DNA from: Heterodontus francisci
Taxonomy: Eukaryota
Assembly: GCF_036365525.1 (NCBI RefSeq)
Contig: NC_090404.1
Span: 11,250,550-11,314,549 of the forward strand
Direction of reading: 5' to 3'
Length of the DNA: 64,000 bases
The position numbers and the translations under genes are program-made. Shown piece by piece: positions 10,860 to 21,814 of this stretch. The stretch's first letter is position 1. Each line of letters begins with the position of its first letter. The notes under the pieces were generated by a model. The model made no database searches. It was not told where the DNA came from and saw only the letters and a program-made list of their open reading frames with translations.

Positions 10860-11165
10860 GCACGACTGGAGGAAGTTACAATGAGAGGAAGGGGCGAAGA
10901 CATGGAGCTATTTAAAAGCAATAGCGAAAATTTTAATATCAACTCGTTGCTTAACCGGCAGGCAATATGGGCCAGTGAGCAGAGAAGTGATGGATGATCG
11001 GAACTTGGTGCAAGTTAGGACAGAGGTAACAGAGGTTTGGATGACCTCACGTTTACAAGTGATAGAATGTGGTTGGCCGGCCAGGTGTGCATTAGAATGG
11101 TCAAACCTAGAGGTAAAGAAGGCCTGAATGAGGATTGTTACAATAGATAAGCTGAGACACGGGTG
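10860..11165 (-). mobile_element. L2-clade LINE C-terminal fragment
   Basis: ORF 10908-11183 LIQAFFTSRFDHSNAHLAG...ITSLLTGPYCLPVKQRVDIKI resembles the L2 motif LIHAFVTSRLDYSN...LHWLPVKQRIDFKI. Confidence 0.75.
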
Positions 11166-11169
11166 TTGT

Positions 11170-14100
11170 TTTTTTTTATTCATTCGTGGGACGTGGGCGT
11201 TGCTGGCTGGGCTAGCATTTATTGCCCATCCCTACTTGCCTTTGTGAAGGTGGTGGTGAGCTGCCATCTTGAACTGCAGCAGTCCTTGCAGTGTAGGTAC
11301 ACCAACAGTGTTGTTAGGAATGGAGTTCCAGGATATTAACCCAGCGACAGTGAAGCAATGGCCATATAGTTCGAAGTCAGGATGGTTTGTGGATTGGACA
11401 GTAACTTGCAGGTGTTGGGGTTCCTATACATCTGCTGCCCTTGTCCTTCTAGGTGGTAGAGGTCATAGGTTTGGAAGGTGCTTTCGAAGGATCCTTGGTG
11501 AGTTTCTGCAATGCATCTTATAGATGGCGCACACTACTGCCACTGCGCATCGGTGGCAGAGCGACTGAATGTTGAAGGTTGTAAATGGGGTGCCAATCAA
11601 GCAAGCTGCTTTGTCCTGGATGGTGTCGAGCTTCTTGAGTATCTGAGGAGTTGCGAATGGTGCTGAAGATTAGGCAATTATCAGCGAACTGCTTCCGACC
11701 TTATGATGAGGGAAGATCATTAATGAAGCAGCTGAAGCTAGTTGGGCCTAGGACACTACCCTGAGGAACTCCCACAGTGATGTCCTGGGACTGAGATGAT
11801 TGACCTCCAACAACCACAGCATTTTCTTTTGCGCTATGTACGACTCCAACCAACCGAGAGTTTTCCCTGGATTCAATTGACTCCAGTTTTGCTAGGGCTC
11901 CTTGATGCCATTCTTGGTCAAATACAGCCTTGATATGCAGGGCAATCACTCTCATCTCACCTCTGGAAATTCAGCACTTTTGTCCATGTCTGGACCAAGG
12001 CTGTAATGAGGTCTGGAGCTGAGTGGCCCTGGTGGACCACAAACTGAGCATTAGTGAGCAGGTTATTGCTGAGCAGGTGGCGCTTGATAGCACTGTCGAC
12101 GACACCTTCCATAACTTTGCTGATGATCGGGAAAAGACTGATACGCCAGTAATTGGCAAGGTTGGATTTGTCCTGCGTTTTGTGCACAGGACATACCTGG
12201 GCAATTTTCCACATTGGCGGGTAGATGCCGGTGTTGTAGCTGTACTTGAACAGCTTGGCTAGAGGCGTGGCTAGTTCTGGAGCACAAGTCTTCAGTACTA
12301 TAGCCGGAATATTGTCAGGGCCCATAGCCTTTTCAGTATCCAGTGCCTTCAGCCGTTTCTTGATATCACGTGGAGTGAATCGGATTGGCTGAAGACTGGC
12401 ATCTGTGATGCTGAGGAGCTCAGGAGGATGCCGAGATGGATCATCCACTTGGCATTTCTGGCTGAAGATGGATGCTAATGCTTCAGCCTTGTGTTTTAAA
12501 TTGATGTGCTGGGCTCTGCCATCGTTGAGGATGAGGATATTTGTGGAGTTTCCTCTAAATGTCGGTTGTTTAATTGTCCACCACCATTCTCGACTGGATG
12601 TGGCAGAACTGCAAAACTTAGATCTGATCCGTTGGTGGAGGGATCACATATCTCTGTCTATCACATGCTGCTTCTGCTGTTTGGCATTCAGATAGTCCTG
12701 TGTTGTAGCTTCACCAGGTTGACACCTCATTGTGAGGTATGCCTGGTGCTGCTCCTGGAATGCCCTTCTGCACTCTTCAATGAACCAGGGTTGATCCCCC
12801 GCTTGATAGTAATGGTAGAGTCGGGGATATGCCGAGCCATGAGGTTACAGATTGTAGTTGAATACAATTCTGCTGCTGCTGATGGCCCACAGCACCTCAT
12901 GGATGCCCAGTTTTTCATTTCTAGATCTGTTCGAAATCTATCCCATTCAGCTCGGTGGTAGTGCCACACAACACGATGGAGGGTATCCTCAATGTGAAGA
13001 CGGGAATTTGTCTCCACATGGACCATGCGGTGGTCACTCCTACCAATACTGTCATGGACAGATGCATCTGTGACAAGCAGATAAGTGAGGACAAGGTCAG
13101 GTCAGTTTTTCCCTCTTGTTGGTTTCCTCCCTCACCAGCTACCACAGACCCAGTCTAGCAGCTATGTCCTTTAGGACTCGGCCACCTCGGCCAGTGGTGC
13201 TACCGAGCCAGTCCATGTGATGGGCATTGAAGTCCCCCACCGAGAGTACATTTTTTGTCCTTGCTATCCTCAATGCATCTTCCAATTGGTGTTCAACGTG
13301 GATACGTACTGATTCATCAGCCGAGGGGTGAGGGGAGGTAGGTAGTAATCCGCAGGAGGTTTCCTTGCCCATGTTTGATCTGATGAAATGAGACTTCATG
13401 GGGTCCGGAGTCGATGTTGAGGACTCCCAGTGCAACTCCCGCCTGACTGTATACCACTGTGCCGCCACCTCTGGATGACAGACCCAAGGATGGTGATGGA
13501 GGTGACTGGGACATTGTCTGCAAGGTATGATTCCGTAAGTATGGCTATGCCAGGCTGTTGCTTGACTGGTCTGTGGGACAGCTCTCCAATTTTGGCACAA
13601 GTCCCCAAATGTTAGTAAGGAGGACTTTGCAGGGTCCACACGGCTGGGTTTGCCATTGTCTTTTCCTGATGGTCCGTCGGGTTTCGTTCCTTTTCTTAGA
13701 CTTTTTAGCAGGTTGAGACGACTGAGAGGCTTGCTAGGCCATTTCAGAGGGTATTTAAGAGTCAACCACTTTGCTGTTGGTCTGGAGTCATATGTGGGCT
13801 AGACCAGGTAAGAACGGCACTTGAGTGAACCAGATGGGTTTTTTACAACAATCGACAATGGTTTCATGGTCACCACTAGCCTAGCTTTTTAATTCCAGAT
13901 TTATTAATTAAAAATTCAAGATTTATTAATTGAATTCAAATTCCCCATCTGCCGTGGTGAGATTCGAATCCTTGTCCCGAGAGCATTAGCCTGGAGCTCT
14001 GGGTTACTAGTCTGGTGACATGGGGCGGCACAGTGGCGCAGTGGTTAGCATTGTGGTTAGCAGCCTCACAGCTCCAGCGACCCGGGTTCAATTCTGGGTA

Positions 14101-14400
14101 CTGCCTGTGTGGAGTTTGCAAGTTCTCCCTGTGTCTGCATGGGTTTCCTCCGGGTGCTCCGGTTTCCTCCCACATGCCAAAAGACTTGCAGGTTGGTAGG
14201 TAAATTGACCATTATAAATTGCCCCTAGTATAGGTAGGTGATAGGGAAATATAGGGACAGGTGGGGATGTGGTAGGAATATGGGATTAGTGTAGGATTAG
14301 TATAAATGGGTGGTTGATGGTCGGCACAGCCTCGGTGGGCTGAAGGGCCTGTTTCAGTGCTGTATCTCTAAACATAAACACTACTAAGTCACCATCCCCC
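11170..14400 (-). mobile_element. Near full-length, decayed APE-RT LINE with a tRNA-like 5' head (interrupted by an HE1 SINE)
   Basis: Endonuclease motifs (ILTESYL, VGDFNAHH), RT motifs ([19 protein letters not shown]) and 3' tail GGGATGGGCAATAAATGC...CCCACGAATGAAT(A)n. Confidence 0.88.
14021..14380 (+). mobile_element. HE1-type V-SINE
   Basis: tRNA head GGGGCGGCACAGTGGCGCAGTGGTTAGC...GGGTTCAATTC, V-domain GGGTTTCCTCCGGGTGCTCCGGTTTCCTCCCAC, CR1-like tail GAAGGGCCTGTTTCAGTGCTGTATCTCTAAA. Confidence 0.88.
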
Positions 14401-14727
14401 ACCCCCTCCACACCTTGCTCCGCCCAACCTTATTGAAGTAAAACGGATGGTTTAAAAGGAAACGATAATTAGTTTCCATTAAAATAGCCACTAGATCTTA
14501 ATTTGGAAATGACAAAGTTTGGCACAGGAGAGAGCAAACACTTTCGTTGAAAAGGCTGCTGAAGTGCAGATGCGTTGCCTGTTCTCTCAGTGTGCATTGC
14601 AATGCTTAATCACTTTGCTTCATGTGGTAAAATTCTAAAATAGTTGAAAACATATTAATGAAGAATGCATGTACTTCCTGTCTCCGTGCTCTGTGTCACT
14701 GTGTGTCTGTAATCCCCACCGTGTTCA

Positions 14728-14766
14728 GGTTTTTGTTCAGCTCTCTCCGTGCTCTGTATCACTGTG
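14728..14766 (-). other. Consensus 23-RSS of the supporting V
   Basis: CACAGTG (14766-14760) - 23 nt - ACAAAAACC (14736-14728). Confidence 0.97.
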
Positions 14767-15072
14767 CTGTGCGCCGACTCAGTGCACAGTAATAAACAGC
14801 GGAGTCGCTCAGTTGTAGTTTGGCGCTGTTTAACCGGCTGATTTTCTCGGCAGGATCGAGAGAAGCAGCAATTCGTCCCCCGGCTGCATCTTCTTTATTC
14901 TGCTCTCCTGAAGTGTATCTCTGAAGCAGGTATTTCGGAGCCTGCCCTGGGGACTGATGGTACCAGTGTACTGTGTACTGACAGAACCCTGAATATTCGC
15001 AGCTTAAAGTAACCGTGTCACCGGCAGCAGAGGTCTGTTGAGGTGGATTCTGGGACACCATTGAACTGGAAT
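14767..15072 (-). CDS. TRDV: Leaderless supporting TCR-delta V segment of the NAR-TCR cassette
   Basis: CTGCAG acceptor in phase with J2; DSSSMVSQNPPQQTSAAGDTVTLSCEYSGFCQYTVHWYHQSPGQAPKYLLQRYTSGEQNKEDAAGGRIAASLDPAEKISRLNSAKLQLSDSAVYYCALSRRT. Has an extra CDR1 Cys; no leader exon found between it and J2. Confidence 0.92.
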
Positions 15073-16119
15073 CTGCAGGATGAAAACTAAATATTTTTAA
15101 TTGTTTAGCCGCTGTTTACGTGGAGAAACTTGTCAATCGCAGGAATAGTTATTGCTTTCGTGGAAATTGGCTTAATTTGAAGCACGTTCGAAATGTATTG
15201 ATTGTTATCGGAATCTGAATCAGTGATAAGATGATGTGATATTTCATTTTACACAGCGAGTTATTACGATGTGAAGTGCACTGTCAGAATGGGTGGTGGC
15301 AGCAGATTCAATAGTAACTTTCAAACTGGAATTGGATAAATACTGGAACAGGAAATTTCTCGGGCCCTGGGAAAAACAGGGTGAGTGAGAACAATTGGAC
15401 AGCACCTTCCAAGAGCCAATACCTACATCATGGGCCGAATGGCCGCCTTCCGTGCTGTATCATTCCATTTCTATTAAATTTCCGTTCCTTTTTCCTTTGG
15501 TGAAAGGCAAAGCGGGAAAACATTGCAATATCAGAAAAATAACTGTGATATCACTGTGCACTGCAAGACAGCAATGAAATTCATCAGTACCAACTGAGCG
15601 AAACTGACAGGAACATGGCTTGTCAGAGGTCAATCTTTTACTGCAGTTGAAACACTTCACCGGAGCTGCTCTTTACCTTTCGGTCTCTTTGTCTCTTTTC
15701 TTCCATCAGTGGTGCCTATTTTCTCCATTTCTCTTTAATTTGAAATAGTGACAGTTAGTTCCATTTTATTTCTACATCTACTTTGTGCTGTTTGCGGTTT
15801 TTGCCATCATGGAAACTTGTCCCAAAGTCTCTCAGTTGTCGTTTGGGTTCACTCTGTGCAGTTTCCGCAGTGGTTTTACTGTTACTCACTGGACTCTACC
15901 GGCTCACTGCCAATTTCAATTCCTTCAGCCCACTGGTTGATTCTCTCCCGTGTTCTCCGGGAGGAGTTTACTGAATTTTAATTTATCCTGAAGCTGCGGA
16001 ACAGGAAACGCTATTTGGCCCAACTGGTCTATGCCTGCGTTTGCACTTCACTCGAGTCTTCAGACCAGCCCCGATTCACCCACCCCACCCCACTTCGCCC
16101 CAGACTCTAATTCTTCCAC

Positions 16120-17650
16120 AAAAGCACAAGAATTCGGAGCAGGAGTGGGCCATTTGGCCTCTCGAGCCTGTCCCGCCATTCGATGCGTTCATGACTGATC
16201 TGATTGTGGCCTGAACTCCACTTTCCTGTCTGCCCCCCATTACCCTTGACCCCTTAGTAGATCAAACATTTGTCCAACGCAACCTTGAATATATTCAATG
16301 ACCCAGCCTCCACTGCTCTCTGGGATAGATAATTCCCCAGGTTAACGACCCTCTGAGAGAGAAAAATATCTCCTCATCTCACTCTTAAATGGGAGGTCAC
16401 TATTTTTTTAAACTGTGTTCCCTAGTTCTAGGCTCTCCCACAATGGGAATCTTCCTCTCAGCATCCACCCTGTCAAGTTTCCTCAGGATCTTATGTGTTT
16501 GAATAAGATCACCTTTCAATCTTCTAAATTCCAGTGGGTATAGACCCAACCTGCTCAACCTTTCCTCATAAGATAACATCAGGAATCAGTCAAGTGAACC
16601 TCTCTGAGCTGCTTCTACTGCAATTATATCCTTTCTAAGTAAGAAAACCAAAACTGTACACAGTACTCTAGATGCGGCCTAACTAAGGCTCTGTACGCTG
16701 TTGCAACACTTCGCCACTTATAATGGATTACCACCCTGAAACCAGTGTCTCTCTATTCCGTTCTCCCTCCTGTATTTTTCAAGCCTCCCGATAAATGCAT
16801 CAAACCACTCCATGTGGCAGCGAGTTCCACATTCTGCCGCTGGGTATCTTTAGAAATGTATTCTTCTGAATGAATTTATTCTGTTCTGTTCTGTTTGTTC
16901 TGTTAGTTATACTCTATACCAATTGCTCCTTGTTCTGAATTCACCCACATCCACCCATGGAACCCATGCATAATTTAAAAGACTTCGATGAAGTTTCGAT
17001 TTGGTTCTCTGTTTTCCAGAGAAAAGAGGCCCAGTCTATTCAAAATATCCACATAAGTGTGGATTGCCGCTGATGTCTTTTCTCAGGAGTGCAAGAAGAC
17101 AAGGCTGATAAAGTGAGAAGTGGGCGCTGGAGGAGGCCATTCCTGCTCTGCCATTCAATAAGATCATGGCTGATCTACATCAACATCAACTTCCTGCACT
17201 CTCTCCGTATCCCTTGATTCCTTTAATATCCAAAAATCGAACGAGCACTGCCTAGAATATACTCAACCACTGAGCATCCACAGCTCCCTGAGGTATAGAA
17301 TTCACAACAACTATTTGACTGAAGAAATTTCTCCTCATCTCAGTTCTAAATGGCCTGCACCTTATTCTGAGATTGCAACCCCTGGTTCTAGACTTATCAG
17401 CCTGAGGAAACAGCGCCCCAGCATCTACCCTGTTAAGGCCCTTGATAATTTTACTTGCTTTAATATGTCACCACTCATTGTACTAAACTTCAGAGAATAT
17501 AGTCATAATCTGATCAAACTGTCCGCCTAGGACCATCCTTTACCCTCAGGAATCAGTCTAGTGGGCCTTTGTTGCACTTCTTCCAACGCAAGTCGATCCT
17601 TGCTTAAGTGAGGAGATCAAAACAGTGCACAACATTCCACGCTGGAGACC
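16120..17650 (-). mobile_element. Several decayed CR1 3'-end fragments in the J2-to-supporting-V intron
   Basis: Reverse-strand CR1 3' motifs (GGAGCAGGAGTGGGCCATT..., CAAAACTGTACACAGTACTC) at ~16120-16720 and ~17100-17650. Confidence 0.65.
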
Positions 17651-18679
17651 ATCGCAGTCCTTCCCTCTATGAACTTCACCTCCAACCTGATGTCGGATTG
17701 GCTGGAGATCGTCCAATACTTGATTTCTTGTTGATTCCAAACGGACTTCCCTCCAGTTCACTCGGGTGCTCCTGTTGCCCTTTATGAAAAGATTAATACC
17801 TCACCCTCACTCGCTCACTTTCCAGTGCAGTTTCAATGAACAGTTACCAGGGAGACAGATAAATTACTGCAATCCGATCTCTCAAACATCGACATTCAAT
17901 ATGGAGAAGTCTCCACAGTTCGAAACTTTCACATTTCAGTCCGGGGACGGAAAAGGGGGGAAATGATTGCTTATATGGAGGCAACTGGAATAAATGTCAA
18001 GTAAAATACAACCATTTTTAGTCACTAATTGCCGATAACTAAAATGTTATCTGGACCTCCAACAGGACCTCCGTCTCGAAAGCTGGCGTCCTGTGCTGCC
18101 ATTTTACTGCTGCTGCAGGTGTCGAACGGGCCGCTGCAGATATCACACCGGCCCCTGTAGTGTTCACACTCGGGGAACCTCATTCACAATACCCGGCTCG
18201 GACTGCAATCTCCTGCCCAGAAGAAAGCTCTGTGACCCCGCTCCTGTGCTCACAGGGACATTCACAGTTAACACCGGGAGTGGAGGTCGGTTTATCAACA
18301 ATCTGCACCAGTTGAAAGCAATTAGTAGTGAGAGGGAGGGACGGTGGAGATGGAGAGAGAGAGAGAGAGAGAGAGTCGGGGATGGTGATGGGATCCCCCG
18401 AGCACCCTGTTAAACCACTGATGGTCCAGGTTGGCTCCGCTCCCACTCCCTCCTCAATCTGCCTGGTCCATCACTTCTGGCCTCTCCTTTCTCTGAATTC
18501 ACACTCGGATGCGACGCGTGGTTTATAATTTGCTCCCGACTCTGAAATTCCTATCGAAAAGCTCCATTAGAAACCCGCTCTGTTTTAGTTTGAAGCGGAT
18601 TAAGGTGATACTGATCATAATAATAAAGTGGACATTAACCAGGACAGTCTGTAACATGACGGCGTTTGGAGTCACTTAC

Positions 18680-18767
18680 CGGCTGTGACCGTCACCACCG
18701 TCTCTGATCCATCCACAGAACCATACACCACAGTGCCACCGCACTCAGTCAGCCCAGTACAAGAAAC
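18680..18767 (-). other. NAR-TCR J segment, cluster 2 (23-RSS 18767-18729, coding 18728-18680)
   Basis: Nonamer GTTTCTTGT - 23 - CACTGTG, then VYGSVDGSETVVTVTA and a phase-1 GTAAGT donor. Confidence 0.92.
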
Positions 18768-19090
18768 GACGGGCACCTCAATCTGCCGGCTGCACATCAC
18801 CAGGTAGTCGGCGCTCCCCAATTATTCCAGGGGGTTTCGACCAATAAACAATATTCCATGTTTAACGGTCCCTGACGGTTCAAACTGTTCTTTTTGAGAC
18901 TCTGAGCTCTTAGTAAAATGGTCCAGGAACAAGGGCCGGCGATGGGCGCCTCACATAAACAGAGAAAATACAAAGAAAGATAAATGAAAGGAGGAAATTA
19001 CAACAAAATCAAACCATATTGCAGTTATAAGAACATCAAACCTACAATTCAGGATCCGTCCCAGTGGAATTTAAATTTTAATTGGACAGA

Positions 19091-19118
19091 GGTATTTGTT
19101 CAGATCTCATTCACCGTG
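19091..19118 (-). other. 12-RSS at the 3' end of the fused V-D of cluster 2
   Basis: CACGGTG (19118-19112) - 12 nt - ACAAATACC (19099-19091), homologous to the 3' D RSS of cluster 1. Confidence 0.93.
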
Positions 19119-19607
19119 GCTTTTCCCCAAGTTAATCTGTACTCAGCTTTACAGTAATAGGTGGCGGTGTCTTCAACTCTCACATCCCGAATTTCCAGCG
19201 AAAATGTCTTTTCCGCCTTATTCAAGGACACAACCAATCGCCCTCCGCTGGAGATCCGCTCCTGCTTTGTCCCGGTCTGGGATTGTCTGAAAAAATATCC
19301 ATTTTGAAAGTAATAACCCCTATAATGACCATAGTAAACACAGGTGATGGTGAGAGACTGACACTCCTTCCTGGTCACCGCTGCCGGGGTCTGTGTCACT
19401 GACTGACTGAAAGAGCCTAGAAATTAAACAGAGAGAGTTTAATGGGCCATCAGAGCCGAACCACACAACGAGGCTAAAACCCGAGACAGTGGCTGTAATT
19501 CGGATGGACTCGGGCAGCTTTATATTAAATCCACACAATGTCGGTTTGTTTGATCGGTACTCACGGGGTAAACAGACACACAGGGTGAAAACAAGGAGGA
19601 TTCCCAT
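19119..19607 (-). CDS. NAR-TCR V segment, cluster 2, pre-joined in frame to its D (leader 19607-19565, VD exon 19416-19119)
   Basis: Leader MGILLVFTLCVCLP; exon SFSQSVTQTPAAVTRKECQSLTITCVYYGHYRGYYFQNGYFFRQSQTGTKQERISSGGRLVVSLNKAEKTFSLEIRDVRVEDTATYYCKAEYR-LTWGK, followed directly by a D-type 12-RSS. Confidence 0.92.
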
Positions 19608-21209
19608 CGTTCTGCTGTCCGGAGCTGATGGTTTATATGACGGGGAGTTGGAGACTGCAGCCCTGGACTGCTCTGGGAGACTGGACCTCAGAGCTGGACT
19701 GAAATACTTCAGGAGGTCGGGTTGATTTGCAGAAGACAGTGTCCCGGAGATCATTGATGGGCCGCACGTTCCCGGGTCTCTGGCTGTGTGTTGTGTGAAT
19801 AAGCGACAGGTTTAAAGAGGGAATCTGCAGTTTTCTGTCGCTTCGTTGAGTCTGTGAGCCCGATGTGAAATCCCCTCCCACATTAGTCTGATACAGGGGG
19901 TGGGGCTGGGGGAGATGTCCTGTCAGTAGAGGCTGCCGCCCTCCTTTCCCCCACAGTAATGAGCTGGGAGGTCGCTCCATGTGTTTTTATTGGGTGGTGT
20001 TTGTTGAGGGTGGAATGTGGGCCCAGGACACTGGGAGAATTCTCCCTCCCCGGTCTTATTCCAATAGTGCCGGGGATTCTTTAACATCTCCCTGAACGGG
20101 CTGGCGGGACCTCGAATATACATCAGATCTGAAGGACGGAGCCTCAGACCCGGCATCTTCCCTCAGTCCAGCAACTGAGGGTCAGGTTACAATATGAGAC
20201 AGTCCAGTGACATTGTCAATATCCAGGCAGAAATACACAATATACACAAAGAATAAACTCTCCCTGTCATTTAAACACATGCTTCCTACACCTTTTCCTT
20301 CTGTAGTTTGTATTTAAAATGATGTTTTAATTCAGTCATGATTGATTTCTGGGGGTGTAATATTCAGAATTTCCAGTTACAGGGACAGAAAACGAATGGA
20401 CACCCGGAAGGACAATGGACATTGGAGGAACACTGAGCTTGGGACTTGTTTTAGAGATCACCGTCACTACCTTGTGAAATCTGTTAATTGCGTAAAACTA
20501 TCTTGGAGCCAGCACCACACTGTGATCGAATAAACTCTGTGAATAGGCCGCGGTCAGAGACTCCGAGAAACAGAAAGGAGATGGGGAAAGGGCTGCTCAA
20601 TATTTCAGGCAGACACGGAAAGTGCAGCAAAGAACAAAAGGGGTCTTCAGGACCAATGTACATCACACAGACATGGCCGACCTTACGTCAAGCAAACGAG
20701 AGCCACAGCTGCAATTGTAACTGTGTCCATCTAAGTCAGACGATCGCCCTCAGATTGAACTCTTGCCCTGAGAGATCCATTCCTGGTCGCATCACAGCCA
20801 TTCACACTTCTTCAGCTGAAGCCGTTGCATGGCTTGTTAACCTTAACATCGAGCGATAACTGCTTCCCCAGCCATGCAAATATATATATATATATATATA
20901 TGTTCAAACATGACCTGTGGTTTCATCGACCGCAGAGCACCACCAGATAGTCTGCCGACGCGCCCTAATGTCCACCGATTCCTTACTCTCATTAACTTTA
21001 AACGTGTATTCCAAAGCATAAAATCTCGTCGCTTAAAGACGTTTTGCTTCAGTCTGCTGCAACAACAAGTTGTATTTATGTAGCACCTTCAACGTAATCA
21101 TTGTTGCCCTCATCAGGTAACGACGGTGACCGTATTGAAACATGAATCGTGCAGATGCCAATGTTGCTGAGCACATAAAGCACTGGCTGCACTATTGTTC
21201 TCCATATTG

Positions 21210-21557
21210 GATTAGATTAGATTAGATTAGAGATACAGCACTGAAACAGGCCCTTCGGCCCACCGAGTCTGTGCCGACCATCAACCACCCATTTATACTA
21301 ATCCTACACTAATCCCATATTCCTACCAAACATCCCCACCTGTCCCTATATTTCCCGAACACCTACCTATACTAGTGACAATTTATAATGGCCAATTTAC
21401 CTATCAACCTGCAAGTCTTTTGGCTTGTGGGAGGAAACCGGAGCACCCGGAGGAAACCCACGCAGACACAGGGAGAACTTGAAAACTCCACACAGGCAGT
21501 ACCCAGAATCGAACCCGGGTCCCTGCAGCTGTGAGGCTGCAGTGCTAACCACTGCGC
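21210..21557 (-). mobile_element. HE1-type V-SINE
   Basis: Reverse complement of the 14021-14380 element with a (TCTAA)n tail. Confidence 0.88.
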
Positions 21558-21814
21558 ATATTAACAATGCTCAGATTACTGCACAGGCCAAGTTTATGAG
21601 ATCACAAATCCCTAAAAATAATCTGAAGGAGAAATAATTATTGAGTTTATTTCAATCCATACTTCAGGGAGGATGTCAAGGCACAGATTTAAGATGAAGA
21701 AGGTGGAGGTGGAGGAGGGGACGTTTCATATTCAGCGAGTTGTTATGAGTTGGAATGAATTACCTGAAGGGCGGTGGAAGCAGATTCCATAGTAATTTTC
21801 AAAAGGGAACTTGA

